Made by a program: the position numbers and the translations under genes
Notes under the pieces: generated by a model
What the model saw: only the letters and a program-made list of their open reading frames with translations
Database searches by the model: none
Told to the model about the DNA's origin: nothing
NCBI GenBank assembly: GCA_002269645.1
Contig: NIVC01002336.1
Coordinates: 1-64,000 of the forward strand
Length of the DNA stretch: 64,000 nucleotides
DNA from: Macrostomum lignano
Taxonomy: Eukaryota
Reading direction: 5' to 3'
Shown here: in pieces, positions 36,040 to 47,659 of the stretch
Layout: every line of letters starts with the position of its first letter
How positions within the stretch are numbered: the stretch's first letter is position 1

Positions 36040-36258
36040 CCATCAAGATCCTCTCCGCGAAGCAGAAATCCTGTCCGTGCAACTGAAAACCATCGAAATC
36101 CTCTCCGTGAAACTGGACTCCTTCGAAATCCTTTCCGTGAAACTGAAAACCATCGAAATTTTCTCTTTTAAACTGGACTCAATCGAAATTTTCTCCGTCA
36201 AAAAAATAAATATCAGGATTCATTGGTTAGGGTTATTGTTAGGGTTAGGGTTAGGGTT
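36040..36258. repeat. About 30-bp tandem units followed by (GGTTAG)n; probable repeat-element end
   Basis: GAAATCCTCTCCGTGAAACTG... repeated about four times, then gttagggttagggttagggtta. Confidence 0.6.
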
Positions 36259-37386
36259 AAAGCTACACACAGCTGCGTGTTCAAATAAAAAATTGAACCA
36301 ATTGAATCAATTGATTGCGCAACCGATTTCTCAGTCAGTCAGTATCAGTCTCAGTTAAAGTTAACAAAAACATTGCGCAATCTAAATCAACCCTCCAATA
36401 CACAGCAGCAGTGAGAATTTGAACTCTCCCCCCAACTTTATCTATTACGTCTCGCAAAACTGAGTACGATTTTTGCAGAAAGTTAAAAGTATGGAAATAG
36501 TTTTTTCAATGCTGTGCTTTTTCTTTTCATATTTAAAGCAAACAATTTATATCCCTGAAATCAGCTTTGCAAGTTCTTTCTAGCAATATTAATTTTTTCT
36601 CTCAAAGTTAAAAACTCGAGCAACAGTTTGCGTTTGAAACTTTCTGATTTAAAGCATTGAAATATCAATTGTACGTTCACTGCCTGCTAAAGAGGCCCGC
36701 AAGTTTATGCATTGAATTTCAAGGTTCAACAAAACACAGGGCTGCCTATTGAAAATTAGAACACAAATCTTTGCGCAATTGTCTATAAAGTCAGCCGGTG
36801 AGCCAGGGTCCGATTGTACACATGCAGCCATTTAGAACGCCCCATCCCCCCACTGGAGAGAAAATACACTGCAGAGATAGGGAAAAGTTGTGGCGCAATC
36901 ACTTGAAATTCATGCAAATTTTCAGCTCCAAGCAGAAAGAGGGGACAATTAAGATTATCAAAGGTCAAGACCGCCGTTTTCTGCTTTTTTGAGGATCTTA
37001 GAAATTAAAATTTCAGAATTAAAATAGCCTATAGCCGACCTCGGATAATTTCCAATCTTCCCATATAAGTTTCAACGCTGAGTTGGCACTATTCAAGGAG
37101 GAGTTGTCGAAATGACAGACAGACAGACAGACAAACAACACGTCAACTTTAGTATATATAGATAATACTAAATAAATATCGATCCTGTCTGCCCGGCGGT
37201 ACCCGCTACTTGGCTTGGAGAATAGAGGTTGTTCTATCAATGTACAGTGTCAATGTACATACGCCAGCCACGCCACCACCCCTATCCCCTCCGCCAGTTC
37301 AAAAGCCAAGCCATAGAGGCCGCCCCCTCCCTCTAAGTTTCAACCTGTGCAATTCAAGTTTCCACTTTGCCTTCCACCTGCACCAG

Positions 37387-37495
37387 ATGGCGGCCTTCAC
37401 CACCTGCCCGTCCAAGTGCATCTGCGACGACATATTCGCGCGCACCCTAATTAGTGACGAGCCGTGCGCCCTGCTTCGCTTCACCTGCGAGAACG
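37387..37495 (+). CDS. Candidate alternative upstream coding exon, possibly of ESRP
   Basis: MAAFTTCPSKCICDDIFARTLISDEPCALLRFTCENG with donor AAC G|gtgagt. In phase with acceptor ctccccccgccag|GC at 38736. Confidence 0.35.
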
Positions 37496-38938
37496 GTGAG
37501 TTTGTTTTTGCCCCCCCCCCCTATACTAATTAGTGAAATTTCTGACCCTGATATGTTGACATTTTTGAAATAAAATACTGCTGTGTACATGTCTATCTTG
37601 CCTTGTGCACGATGACAATGCCAATGAAGGGATTGACAACGACAGCCCCTCATACTACCTCCGTTCGACCGTTTGCAGTTTACTTGACTCTGACTAATTA
37701 TAATCAGAATATTTGCATAAAAAATCAACTCGTCAGTAAATTATTTATTGACAGGTGAAAAACCGACTCGTCATTTCTTTATACTTGCGAGTTTTTTAGC
37801 ATTATATTTTAATTGAACTTTTAATCTGCTGAGCTCAATTGTCGAAGCTAAAACCAGAATGAGGCTCTACAAATGTAGCATGGGTAAGAATCTATGAATT
37901 GCAGGTTTGTGTTGTATGCGACCCATTGGGAGTTATAACTTCACAACAGCTAAACCACTCGCCGTTCGCTGGCGCCCCTTGGCCCTGTATGACAACAACC
38001 TGTTGATGAACTCTTGTCTGGGGGCAGCTGAGTATAAGAAAATATAAAACTAGTTGCTCAATAGAAACCCATATGGATTGACTCGCGATTGATTGATATT
38101 TGATAAACAGAATTTCATCTGTAGGTGCCTGTAGTCACATGGACCTGGCTCACCCATTGGGAAGGATTGGATCGCTCGCATTACACCTGCAAAGCAACAA
38201 TCGGAGTATGTAGTATGTGTGACGTGTGTAAGGACAGGACACTGCAGTAGAAGACAGGGAAAGGTTAGCTAAAACTGAAAGGCCAGTTCTTAGCCTTAAT
38301 TGACAGTGCAAAAACTGAGTTTTTTCGATTCCCTTTCACCACCACAGGAAATGAAAGTTTCTTCCCAAATATTATTTGTTTCTGTTTGCGTGCGCAGACG
38401 CACTCGGGGGATTTATAGTCGTAGTCGTAGTTTTTATTAAGCTTTTTTATCAAGCTCGAGTTTGATTTCATACAGTTTAATTTGAGCACAGCTAGCTTAG
38501 GCTGAGAACGGATATGCTATGCGATTGCAACACAATACTCGTACCTCCGATTTAAACAGTCGAGGAACGAGGGAGATTAGAACTGCTCAAACACGAGGAC
38601 TCAAGGGGGGGGGCAGAGAAGGTTTGGCGGGCGGGGGTGGCTGGCTGGAGTCCCAGCGGCCGTATTGGCTCCGTCAGTCCCCCTAGCCTGCTCAAGCTGA
38701 GTAAGGAGTTAACCAACCAAACCTCCCCCCGCCAGGCCAGGCAGCGAGAGCAACCAACCGCCGCTTGGCCTCCTCCGCTACTACAAAAGCAGCCGCGACT
38801 GCAGCAGCGCCAGTGGGCGAGCTCGGAGTTGCGATATCTGGCTCTTCGCCGCCGCCTGACAGGCCCACCGCCACCGCCGCTGCCGCTGCTGCTGTTGTTG
38901 GAAAACAACCAAATCCAGGAAATTCTAATTCGAGCATC

Positions 38939-39067
38939 ATGCCTCAGCCCGACTACTTAGTGGCTTTGCACCTGACCACCTGCGGCAAGCAGGGCGAAGA
39001 GATTGGCACAGATGAGGCGCCAATCTGCCTGATAGCCTACCTCATTCACGATGTGCGGCATAACAAG
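38939..39067 (+). CDS. ESRP: ESRP exon 1
   Basis: MPQPDYLVALHLTTCGKQGEEIGTDEAPICLIAY (family PDYLVV...GSDE.ELI); AAG|gtgagc. Confidence 0.9.
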
Positions 39068-39097
39068 GTGAGCAGATCTTGGCGCTTGTTTCGGTAG

Positions 39098-40112
39098 CGG
39101 GCGCCACACTGAGGGCAGAACATGGGGGGCGCCACACTGGGGGCAGAACATGGGGGGCCGCCACACTGAGGGCAGAACATGGGGGGCCGCCACACTGAGG
39201 GCAGAACATGGGGGGGGCGCCACACTGAGGGCAGAACATGGGGGGGCGCCACACTGAGGGCAGAACATGGGGGGGGCGCCACACTGAGGGCAGAACATGG
39301 GGGGGGCGCCACACTGAGGGCAGAACATAGGGGGGGGCACACTGAGGGCAGAACATGGGGGGCGCCACACTGAGTGCAGAACATAGGGGGGGCACACTGA
39401 GGGCAGAACATAGGGGGGGGGGCACACTGAGGGCAGAACATGGGGGGGGCGCCACACTGAGGGCAGAACATGGGGGGCGCCACACTGAGGGCAGAACATG
39501 GGGGGGGCGCCACACTGAGGGCAGAACATGGGGGGGGCGCCACACTGAGGGCAGAACATAGGGGGGGCACACTGAGGGCAGAACATGGGGGGCGCCACAC
39601 TGAGTGCAGAACATAGGGGGGGGCACACTGAGGGCAGAACATAGGGGGGGCACACTGAGGGCAGAACATGGGGGGGGGGCGCCACACTGAGGGCAGAACA
39701 TGGGGGGCGCCACACTTGAGGGCAGAACATAGAGGGGGGGGCACACTGAGGGCAGAACATGGGGGGCGCCACACTGAGGGCAGAACATAGGGGGGGGGCA
39801 CACTGAGGGCAGAACATAGGGGGGGCACACTGAGGGCAGAACATGGGGGGCGCCACACTGAGTGCAGAACATAGGGGGGGCACACTGAGGGCAGAACATA
39901 GGGGGGGGCACACTGAGGGCAGAACATGGGGGGGGCGCCACACTGAGGGCAGAACATGGGGGGCGCCACACTTGAGGGCAGAACATAGAGGGGGGGGGCA
40001 CACTGAGGGCAGAACATGGGGGGGCGCCACACTGAGGGCAGAACATAGGGGGGGGGGCACACTGAGGGCAGAACATAGGGGGAGGGGGGCACACTGAGGG
40101 CAGAACATGGGG
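39098..40112. repeat. G-run minisatellite, about 29-32-bp unit GGGGGGCGCCACACTGAGGGCAGAACAT
   Basis: Direct reading; ESRP intron 1. Confidence 0.97.
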
Positions 40113-40244
40113 GCACGTTCAGGCGACCCCCTTCCCACTGGCCCGCTGAAATCCAAGGTTACCGGTGAGTAGGAGCCTTTAATTAGGTCACTATAGTGTT
40201 TTATAGGCGCATTACAATGTACACCTTAATATAAACGATGCCAG

Positions 40245-40418
40245 ATCATCGCGGTCGAGCAGCACCTGGTGAAGCCGCAGGTGAACCCTGGCCAGACTGG
40301 TTCGGACAGCTCCGAGGAGGACGGCTTGGCAACTATTTCTGAGGAGTGCCGGTCGGAGACGGGACTTAGCGCCGACTCGTTCCATTCGGCGAGCTACCTC
40401 GAGTCTGTGCTCGAAGAG
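40245..40418 (+). CDS. ESRP: ESRP exon 2
   Basis: gccag|ATC...GAG|gtgcgc; QHLVKP...ISEECRSETGL...LESVLEE. Confidence 0.88.
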
Positions 40419-40980
40419 GTGCGCATTTATCGTCAGTTTTATAAAGATTTAAAAAGTTTGTTATAATTTTTTTAGAGCACTGCGCTTATGATTGAGTCCT
40501 AAGTTAGAGTTTAAGGTTGTAAAGTTTTTGTCAGCTGCCAAAAACTCAGTAGTGAGTAAGTCATGGTTGGCTCTTATAATTCGAAATTTCACAATGCCAA
40601 AATACACTGGATGGATAGGAGACTTCACAAACCCGAAATTTCACAATGTCGAAAGACCCTGTCGAAATTTCGGGTTTGTGAAACGACCCGTTAACCGTAA
40701 TGTTTTAGTAAGACGTTGTTTTTTCAAGAATCGTGACCACCACGCATCTTCACGTGATTGATGAAGGGGCGAGGGCAGCTGACCCCCTTGACTTCCATCA
40801 GTGTCAGTGACTCATAGTCTCTTGACTTCGATGGCGTCAGCGGTCCTGAAGCCATAGACTGATATTATATAATTTTAGATTCGTTTCTTGTAAAAACTGA
40901 ATTTCCTAGACAGTAGTGTTCAGTGACGTGTTTACTTAATAGAGACAAGAAAACTTCACCGGTCGTTATGCGCATTGCAG

Positions 40981-41218
40981 ATGGACAAGTTCCTGCGAAA
41001 CAAAGGCATCCACCCGGAGTCGGGTGGCAAGACATTCACCCTGGTGCTGGAGGGCCAGCATCCCATGCGGCTGGTGTTCCACCCGGAGACCTGCTCGAAG
41101 AAGATCTCGCTAGAGCAGTTTCCGTATTTCTATTCGTTCTTCGATCTGCGCAAAGAGTTTCTCAAGGGCCGCAATTCCGAGCCTGACACCATTGTGTCGC
41201 TCAAGGACATGCTGGACT
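40981..41218 (+). CDS. ESRP: ESRP exon 3
   Basis: ttgcag|ATG; EGQHPMRLVFHPE...FYSFFDLRKEF; ends at the U12-type donor T|GTATCCTTT. Confidence 0.92.
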
Positions 41219-44200
41219 GTATCCTTTCGAGTGCAAGAACTGGGGACTGGAGGACCTGAGGTAGCACTGGAGGACCTGAAGTAGCACTGGAGGACCTGAG
41301 GTAGCACTGGAGGACCTGAAGTAGCACTGGAGGACCTGGGGTAGCACTGGAGGACCTGAGGTAGCACTGGAGGACCTGAAGTAGCACTGGAGGACCTGAG
41401 GTAGCACTGGAGGACCTGAGGTAGCACTGGAGGACCTGAGGTAGCACTGGAGGACCTGAGGTAGCATTGGAGGACCTGAGGTAGCACTGGAGGACCTGAG
41501 GTAGCATTGAAGGACCTGAGGTAGCATTGAAGGACCTGAGGTAGCATTGGAGGACCTGAGGTAGCATTGAAGGACCTGAGGTAGCACTGGAGGACCTGAG
41601 GTAGCATTGGAGGACCTGAGGTAGCATTGAAGGACCTGAAGTAGCATTGAAGGACCTGAGGTAGCATTGAAGGACCTGAGGTAGCATTGGAGGACCTGAG
41701 GTAGCATTGGAGGACCTGAGGTAGCATTGGAGGACCTGAGGTAGCATTGGAGGACCTGAGGTAGCATTGAAGGACCTGAGGTAGCACTGGAGGACCTGAG
41801 GTAGCACTGGAGGACCTGAGGTAGCACTGGAGGACAAGGGGATAGCACTGGAGGACAAGGGGATAGCACTGGAGGACAAGGGGATAGCACTGGAGGACAA
41901 GGGGATAACACTGGAGGACAAGGGGATAGCACTGGAGGACAAGGGGATAACACTGGAGGACAAGGGGATAGCACTGGAGGACAAGGGGATAGCACTGGAG
42001 GACAAGGGGATAACACTGGAGGACAAGGGGATAGCACTGGAGGACAAGGGGATAGCACTGGAGGACAAGGGGATAGCACTGGAGGACAAGGGGATAACAC
42101 TGGAGGACAAGGGGATAGCACTGGAGGACAAGGGGATAACACTGGAGGACAAGGGGATAGCACTGCAGGACAAGGGGATAACACTGGAGGACAAGGGGAT
42201 AGCACTGGAGGACAAGGGAATAACACTGGAGGACAAGGGGGTAGCACTGGAGGACCTGAGGTAGCACTGGAGGACCTGAGGTAGCACTGGAGGACCTGAG
42301 GTAGCACTGGAGGACCTGAGGTAGCACTGGAGGACCTGAGGTAGCACTGGAGGACAAGGGGATAGCACTGGAGGACAAGGGGATAGCACTGGAGGACAAG
42401 GGGATAGCACTGGAGGACAAGGGGATAGCACTGGAGGACAAGGGGATAGCACTGGAGGACAAGGGGATAGCACTGGAGGACAAGGGGATAGCACTGGAGG
42501 ACAAGGGGATAGCACTGGAGGACAAGGGGATAGCACTGGAGGACAAGGGGATAGCACTGGAGGACAAGGGGATAGCACTGGAGGACAAGGGGATAGCACT
42601 GGAGGACAAGGGGATAGCACTGGAGGACAAGGGGATAGCACTGGAGGATCTGAGGTAGCACTGTAGGGGCAGCAGAGGGCATTCAGATCGTGCAATTTTC
42701 CAAAGCAAAAACTCTGACCCAAGTTTGCCAAAGATTTCATTAGTCTCTGCAGGCCGCGCACAGGGTGTCAGATTGTATTAAAATTCGGCCTTCAAATCGC
42801 AGCAAACGTTCGAAAATTGACCCTTCCAATAGCCCCTGACAAGGCGCCTTGATAGGTGAATGAAGTAAGCCTTAATTACTACTCTTATTCTAATTTGAGT
42901 CGGCATGCGCTCTCGCTGAGCAAGAGACAGCGAGCGATATTAAATTTCTAACCTGAGCAAAATGCCTAGCTTTAACTAGGCCCCCCTAAATTCTTTGCCC
43001 CATAGGCAAGGCAACAGCTGTTTCTGCAACAGCATGCGACTCTCTCTGGCTATCCCGGCTTCCTCTGTGTGCATAAGTATTGTCTCCCTTTGTTTACCGG
43101 GGCCGGGGGGGATTTCCATAAACTGGGAGTTTTGGAAGCGGCAGTGACCGCAGCTGCGCAACCCCCACCTCTATTGTCTCTTCATGCTCAAGCGCCATTT
43201 AGGCCTGTTGAGCAGCTGCAATTGCCTTCAAACTCGGGGATCCCCTCTCTTCCCCGGTGCTGTATAAGCCACTAACTTCTCGACTCAATATTGAAGCCTC
43301 ATCGCGGAATGCCTCAATTCGTGAAATTAGAGAGAGAGATAAGTCAGTGCCGAGTGTCGATCTCCTGGGAGTCTCGATCTCATTACCGCCGTATTTGACT
43401 TCAGCGCTGGATTGCGTCAGCCAGTGTCTATTCGTAACAAAGTAGGATTTTTTGGGAAAATTCCCAGCGGTCGGATCTTATATTTGAGAACTATAGGTAA
43501 TAAAAAATGTTTGTCCAACCCACCGAAGCCGCGGGAGAGCTCAGGTCCGGGAGAGACGATCAGCAGAGGTTAGAGAGGAGTAAGGGGGAGAGTAGCGCAA
43601 CTGTGCACACGAAAACAACAGCCAGTTTTAATTTCCCTCCTGAGAAGTGAATTATCGATCGATTTTTGGGAGTCAGGCGGAGAGTCAGAGCGGAACCAGA
43701 TCGATTTTTGCTTCGAAAGCAGAATCCGTGTTGCACGCGGGCGAGCACGCACAGGAGAAGTGTACAAGCGTACATTGTTTTAGCCGGTCGTTTGAGTCTT
43801 AATAACTCACCATTTGAGAATGGCTTTCACGATCAGTGCGCGGTGTAGAAAGGTGCTCAACAGCAGCTGCTGCCTTGAGCTCCCGAGTTTAATCCTCATT
43901 AAACCCCCACCCCCCCCCCCGAAGAACCCCGGGCCAGCTAAGGGAAGCACAGTGGGATTTATTCTGGATCTTGGAAATTTTCCCTTCTCCTTCCACCCCC
44001 ACGCTTGCAGCTGTTGCCTGGCCCGGGGGGGGGCTGGCTCAAGAAAAATAAAAAGAATAATTTTATAGCCAGTTTAAAATCTTCTCAAGCTGTGTCTCAA
44101 CTCCACTTATACTATACTATACAACTCGCAAGAGTGGGTCAAGACAAGACTGTAAAAGGAATGTTGCAATTGTTGGTCTTCTGGGTGGCAAGGGGAGCCG

Positions 44201-44299
44201 GAGTTGGGAACTGGGTGGGTGGGTGGGATTTGAATAGCGTTTGACCTTGTTGTTCCTTCCTTAACTCGACTTGCCCAAACTGGGCGGCCAATCAATTAG
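41219..44299 (+). other. U12-type (minor spliceosome) GT-AG intron
   Basis: 5' splice site GTATCCTTT; branch site TTCCTTAAC at 44257-44265; no polypyrimidine tract before the AG at 44298-44299; the frame is restored by this splice. Confidence 0.85.
41245..42662. repeat. Composite minisatellite of alternating blocks: 20-bp GTAGCACTGGAGGACCTGAG and 21-bp GATAGCACTGGAGGACAAGGG
   Basis: Direct reading; starts about 25 nt into the U12 intron. Confidence 0.97.
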
Positions 44300-44389
44300 C
44301 GCTGGAAATGCAGTTCGACAACTCGCCGGACTATGGCACCCGACAGTGCATCGCCATGTCCCGCGTCATCAGCAGATTGTTGAACGATG
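44300..44389 (+). CDS. ESRP: ESRP exon 4
   Basis: ttag|CG CTG GAA...GAT G|gtgagt; SLEMQFDNSPDYGTRQCIAMSRVISRLLNDG. Confidence 0.85.
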
Positions 44390-44412
44390 GTGAGTGCTGT
44401 GCTATGCTTGCG

Positions 44413-45268
44413 ATCTCAGATCCCAATGGGCAGTTTGGGATAAAAATCCCAATCTCAGATCCCAATGGGTAGTTTGGGATAAAAATCCCATATCTCAGAT
44501 CCCAATGGGTAGTTTGGGATAAAAATCCCATATCTCAGATCCCAATGGTTTAGTTTGGGATAAAAATCCCATATCTCAGATCCCAATGGGTAGTTTGGGA
44601 TAAAAATCCCATATCTCAGATCCTAATGGTTTAGTTTGGGATAAAAATCCCATATCTCAGATCCCAATGGTTTAGTTTGGGATAAAAATTCATATCTCAG
44701 ACCCCAATGGTTTAGTTTGGGATAAAAATCCCATATCTCAGACCCCAATGGTTTAGTTTGGGATAAAAATCCCATATCTCCTATCCCAATGGTTTAGTTT
44801 GGGATAAAAATCCCATATCTCAGATCCCAATGGTTTTGTTTGGGATAAAAATCCCATATCTCAGACCCCAGTGGTTTAGTTTCGGATAAATATCCCATAT
44901 CTCAGATCCCAATGGTTTAGTTTGGGATAAATATCCCATATCTCAGATCCCAATGGTTTAGTTTGGGATAAAAATCCCATATCTCAGATCCCAATGGTTT
45001 AGTTTGGGATAAAAATCCCATATCTCAGATCCCAATGGTTTAGTTTGGGATAAAAATCCCATATCTCAGATCCAATGGTTTAGTTTGGGATAAAAATCCC
45101 ATATCTCAAATCCCAATGGGTAGTTTGGGATAAAAATCTCATATCTCAGATCCAATGGGTAGTTTGGGATAAAAATCCCATATCTCAGATCCCAATGGTT
45201 TAGTTTGGGATAAAAATCCCATATCTCAGATCCCAATGGTTTAGTTTCAGATAAATATCCCATATCTC
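44413..45268. repeat. Minisatellite, 40/41-bp unit ATATCTCAGATCCCAATGGTTTAGTTTGGGATAAAAATCCC
   Basis: Direct reading. Confidence 0.97.
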
Positions 45269-45442
45269 GTGCACCCGCTGTCTAAATGGAGGACAAAAAT
45301 CCCATTCGAAAAATTTCAATGGGAAAGTCCTGCTGAAAGTCCTATGTTCTAATAGTACATTTCAATAGATGTTATTCGTGTTATTCATGCTCTCATTTAC
45401 AGTACAGTTTTTCTCATTCAATTTTACCCCCAAAACACGCAG

Positions 45443-45497
45443 GTCACACCTTCAAGGAACCGGAGAAAGTGAACCAGTTTTACTATCCTGCCATTGT
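45443..45497 (+). CDS. ESRP: ESRP exon 5 (55 nt)
   Basis: cacgcag|GT CAC...ATT GT|gtaagt; GHTFKEPEKVNQ (family H.F..PE.VN). Confidence 0.88.
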
Positions 45498-46277
45498 GTA
45501 AGTGTTTGGTAACAGCCCTACTGTATCTGTGCCATCTGTAGCAGTGTGGGGAGTGACGTACTATGCCACGTCACGCGCAGAATACGGGGTGGGGGTGAGT
45601 CGGGGGTTGGTTGTATGACTCGACTTCCGCCCCCGACTCAGCCCGTGACGGCTTCCATAATCGCGGATTAAAGGGAAAGGGCCAGCCGCGCGGATCCCCA
45701 AAAGCGCGGGATTTGAATCCCACAGGCAGAATTAGAAGAATCGGAGGCGTGCGGAATGGCATTTATAAAAATTGATTGTTTGCTCTAATCGACCCCCCGG
45801 TCCTTCCGGCCATCCCCGGCCACTTCTAGCCTTCGAATCCGGGCTATATCTGGGCAGCGATCTGTGGTCGACAACGCTTGGGACATTTTCACAAAGACTC
45901 AGAGCCCAGACCCGCTGGATCAAATCCAAAACAAGCCTTCAGTTCCTTCCTGTTCTTCCCCACACTTCCTTGCAGTGAGTCGGGTTATGTATGCGTAGCT
46001 GGATATTATGAGCGCTAATTGGGTCTAGTAAACAATTATTATAAATAGAAAGGGATATTCAAAATAGATACACGAGGCTGCAGTGCCGCCCGCAACCCAA
46101 GAGAGGATTGGGTGCGCTCGGTCAGCAACAGTGCTGGGGTGAATGGGAAGGGGATCACATAGCAGGGCGGCGGACCAGAAAAATCTAGCCTAACTCGAAG
46201 GATCTCACGTTATGCTATCCATAGTCATGAAATCTACCATAGATATTCTATCATGAATCAAGAGATCAATAAAAAAA

Positions 46278-46535
46278 GCCTGAATCACCAGAATATCCTG
46301 AATCACCAGAATCACCAGAATCACCAGAATATCCTGAATCACCAGACCCTAAATCACCAGAATATCCTGAATCACCAGAATATCCTGAATCACCAGAATA
46401 TCCTGGATCACCAGAATATCCTGGATCACCAGAATATCCTGAATCACCAGAATATCCTGAATCACCAGAATCACCAGAATATCCTGAAGCACCAGAATAT
46501 CCTGAATCACCAAAATATCCTGAATCACCAGAATC
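46278..46535. repeat. Minisatellite, 9/18-bp unit TGAATCACCAGAATATCC
   Basis: Direct reading. Confidence 0.95.
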
Positions 46536-46706
46536 GCCGTAATTTTGGGTAAACGGCGGGAGTAAATATAACTCTATTATTATAAAGGCAACATGCCTCG
46601 TCATCTAATTAGTACTGTCTTTCGGGTTGGCGTTTTTGCGACTTACCGGTTATTAGGATGTATGCTCACAGACCCTCGTAAATCACGAGACCGCCCCATC
46701 CCGCAG

Positions 46707-47097
46707 GCGCAAAACCGACACCGTAGATGACGAGTCTGTCGTCCGCGCCCGCGGCCTGCCCTGGCAGGCGACAGACGCCGACATTCACAAGTTCTTCCGC
46801 GGCCTCAACATCAGCGCCGGCGGCATCGCCCTGGTGCTGTCTAAAGTCGGCCGGCGCAACGGCGAGGCTCTGATCAGATTCGACAGCCAGGAGCACCGCG
46901 ACATCGCGCTGAAGAAGCACCGGCACCACATGCAGCAGCGCTACATCGAGGTCTACAGGGCCACCGGTCGAGACTTTGTCGCCGTAGCTGGCGCCGATAC
47001 AAAAGAGGGCGAGAATTTCCTAGCCAAGCTGACTGAGCCCACGCAGAGTCTCGTGCGTATGCGCGGCCTGCCCTACACGGTCTCGGCTGACGAAATT
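46707..47097 (+). CDS. ESRP: ESRP exon 6 (RRM1 and start of RRM2)
   Basis: cccgcag|G; VVRARGLPWQ...GRRNGEALIRF...RYIEVY...LVRMRGLPY; ATT|gtaagt. Confidence 0.96.
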
Positions 47098-47659
47098 GTA
47101 AGTGCCTCTCGGAGGAGACTAAGTCGGGGGCGATTGACCATTTTTTACAATTTCGACGTCTTTTTAACCATATCGGGGTATTTGGTTAGGTCGGGGAAGG
47201 TCGGGATCAGCAGGCCCAAATTTTCATTTGGCCGAATTGTTCAACTAAGCATTCACTTTTAAATCGCCTGTACTTCAACTTTGTCCTCCCTATGCCCACC
47301 CACGTGCCCCCTGTTCCTTCCCCATAATCCGTGTGTCCTCCCATCCCCCCCACGGCCCTCCCATACCATACATGCGCAACAGTCGGCCGAGTCGGCCGAT
47401 CCGGCCGACCGATTTGGCGACCAACCAAGGAAGTCGCAAAAATGCCCACTCAAAAAACACCCTAGTAGTAGTACTAAGTAGCTGACGAAGCATTTTGGCT
47501 TAATAAGAGAGTCATAGTTACTCCTGCCGTTTACCCAAACTTGCGTTAATTTTGCTTTACGGTTTTTTTACATGCAAGTCGCATTTTTGGCCAAAAACTA
47601 CGTCGCATTTTTGTTAAAACTAAGTCGCACGGCCGACCGAATTTTGGAGGTTGCGCATG

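Noticed and set aside
22370-36258. TTAGGG tracts at 22370-22555 and 36225-36258 as telomeres or fusion scars
   Set aside because: They are short, degenerate and embedded in repeat-element-like context.
46672-46706. Alternative acceptor ctcacag at 46671 for ESRP exon 6
   Set aside because: In the required phase it reads straight into TAA; the acceptor at 46706 keeps the frame.
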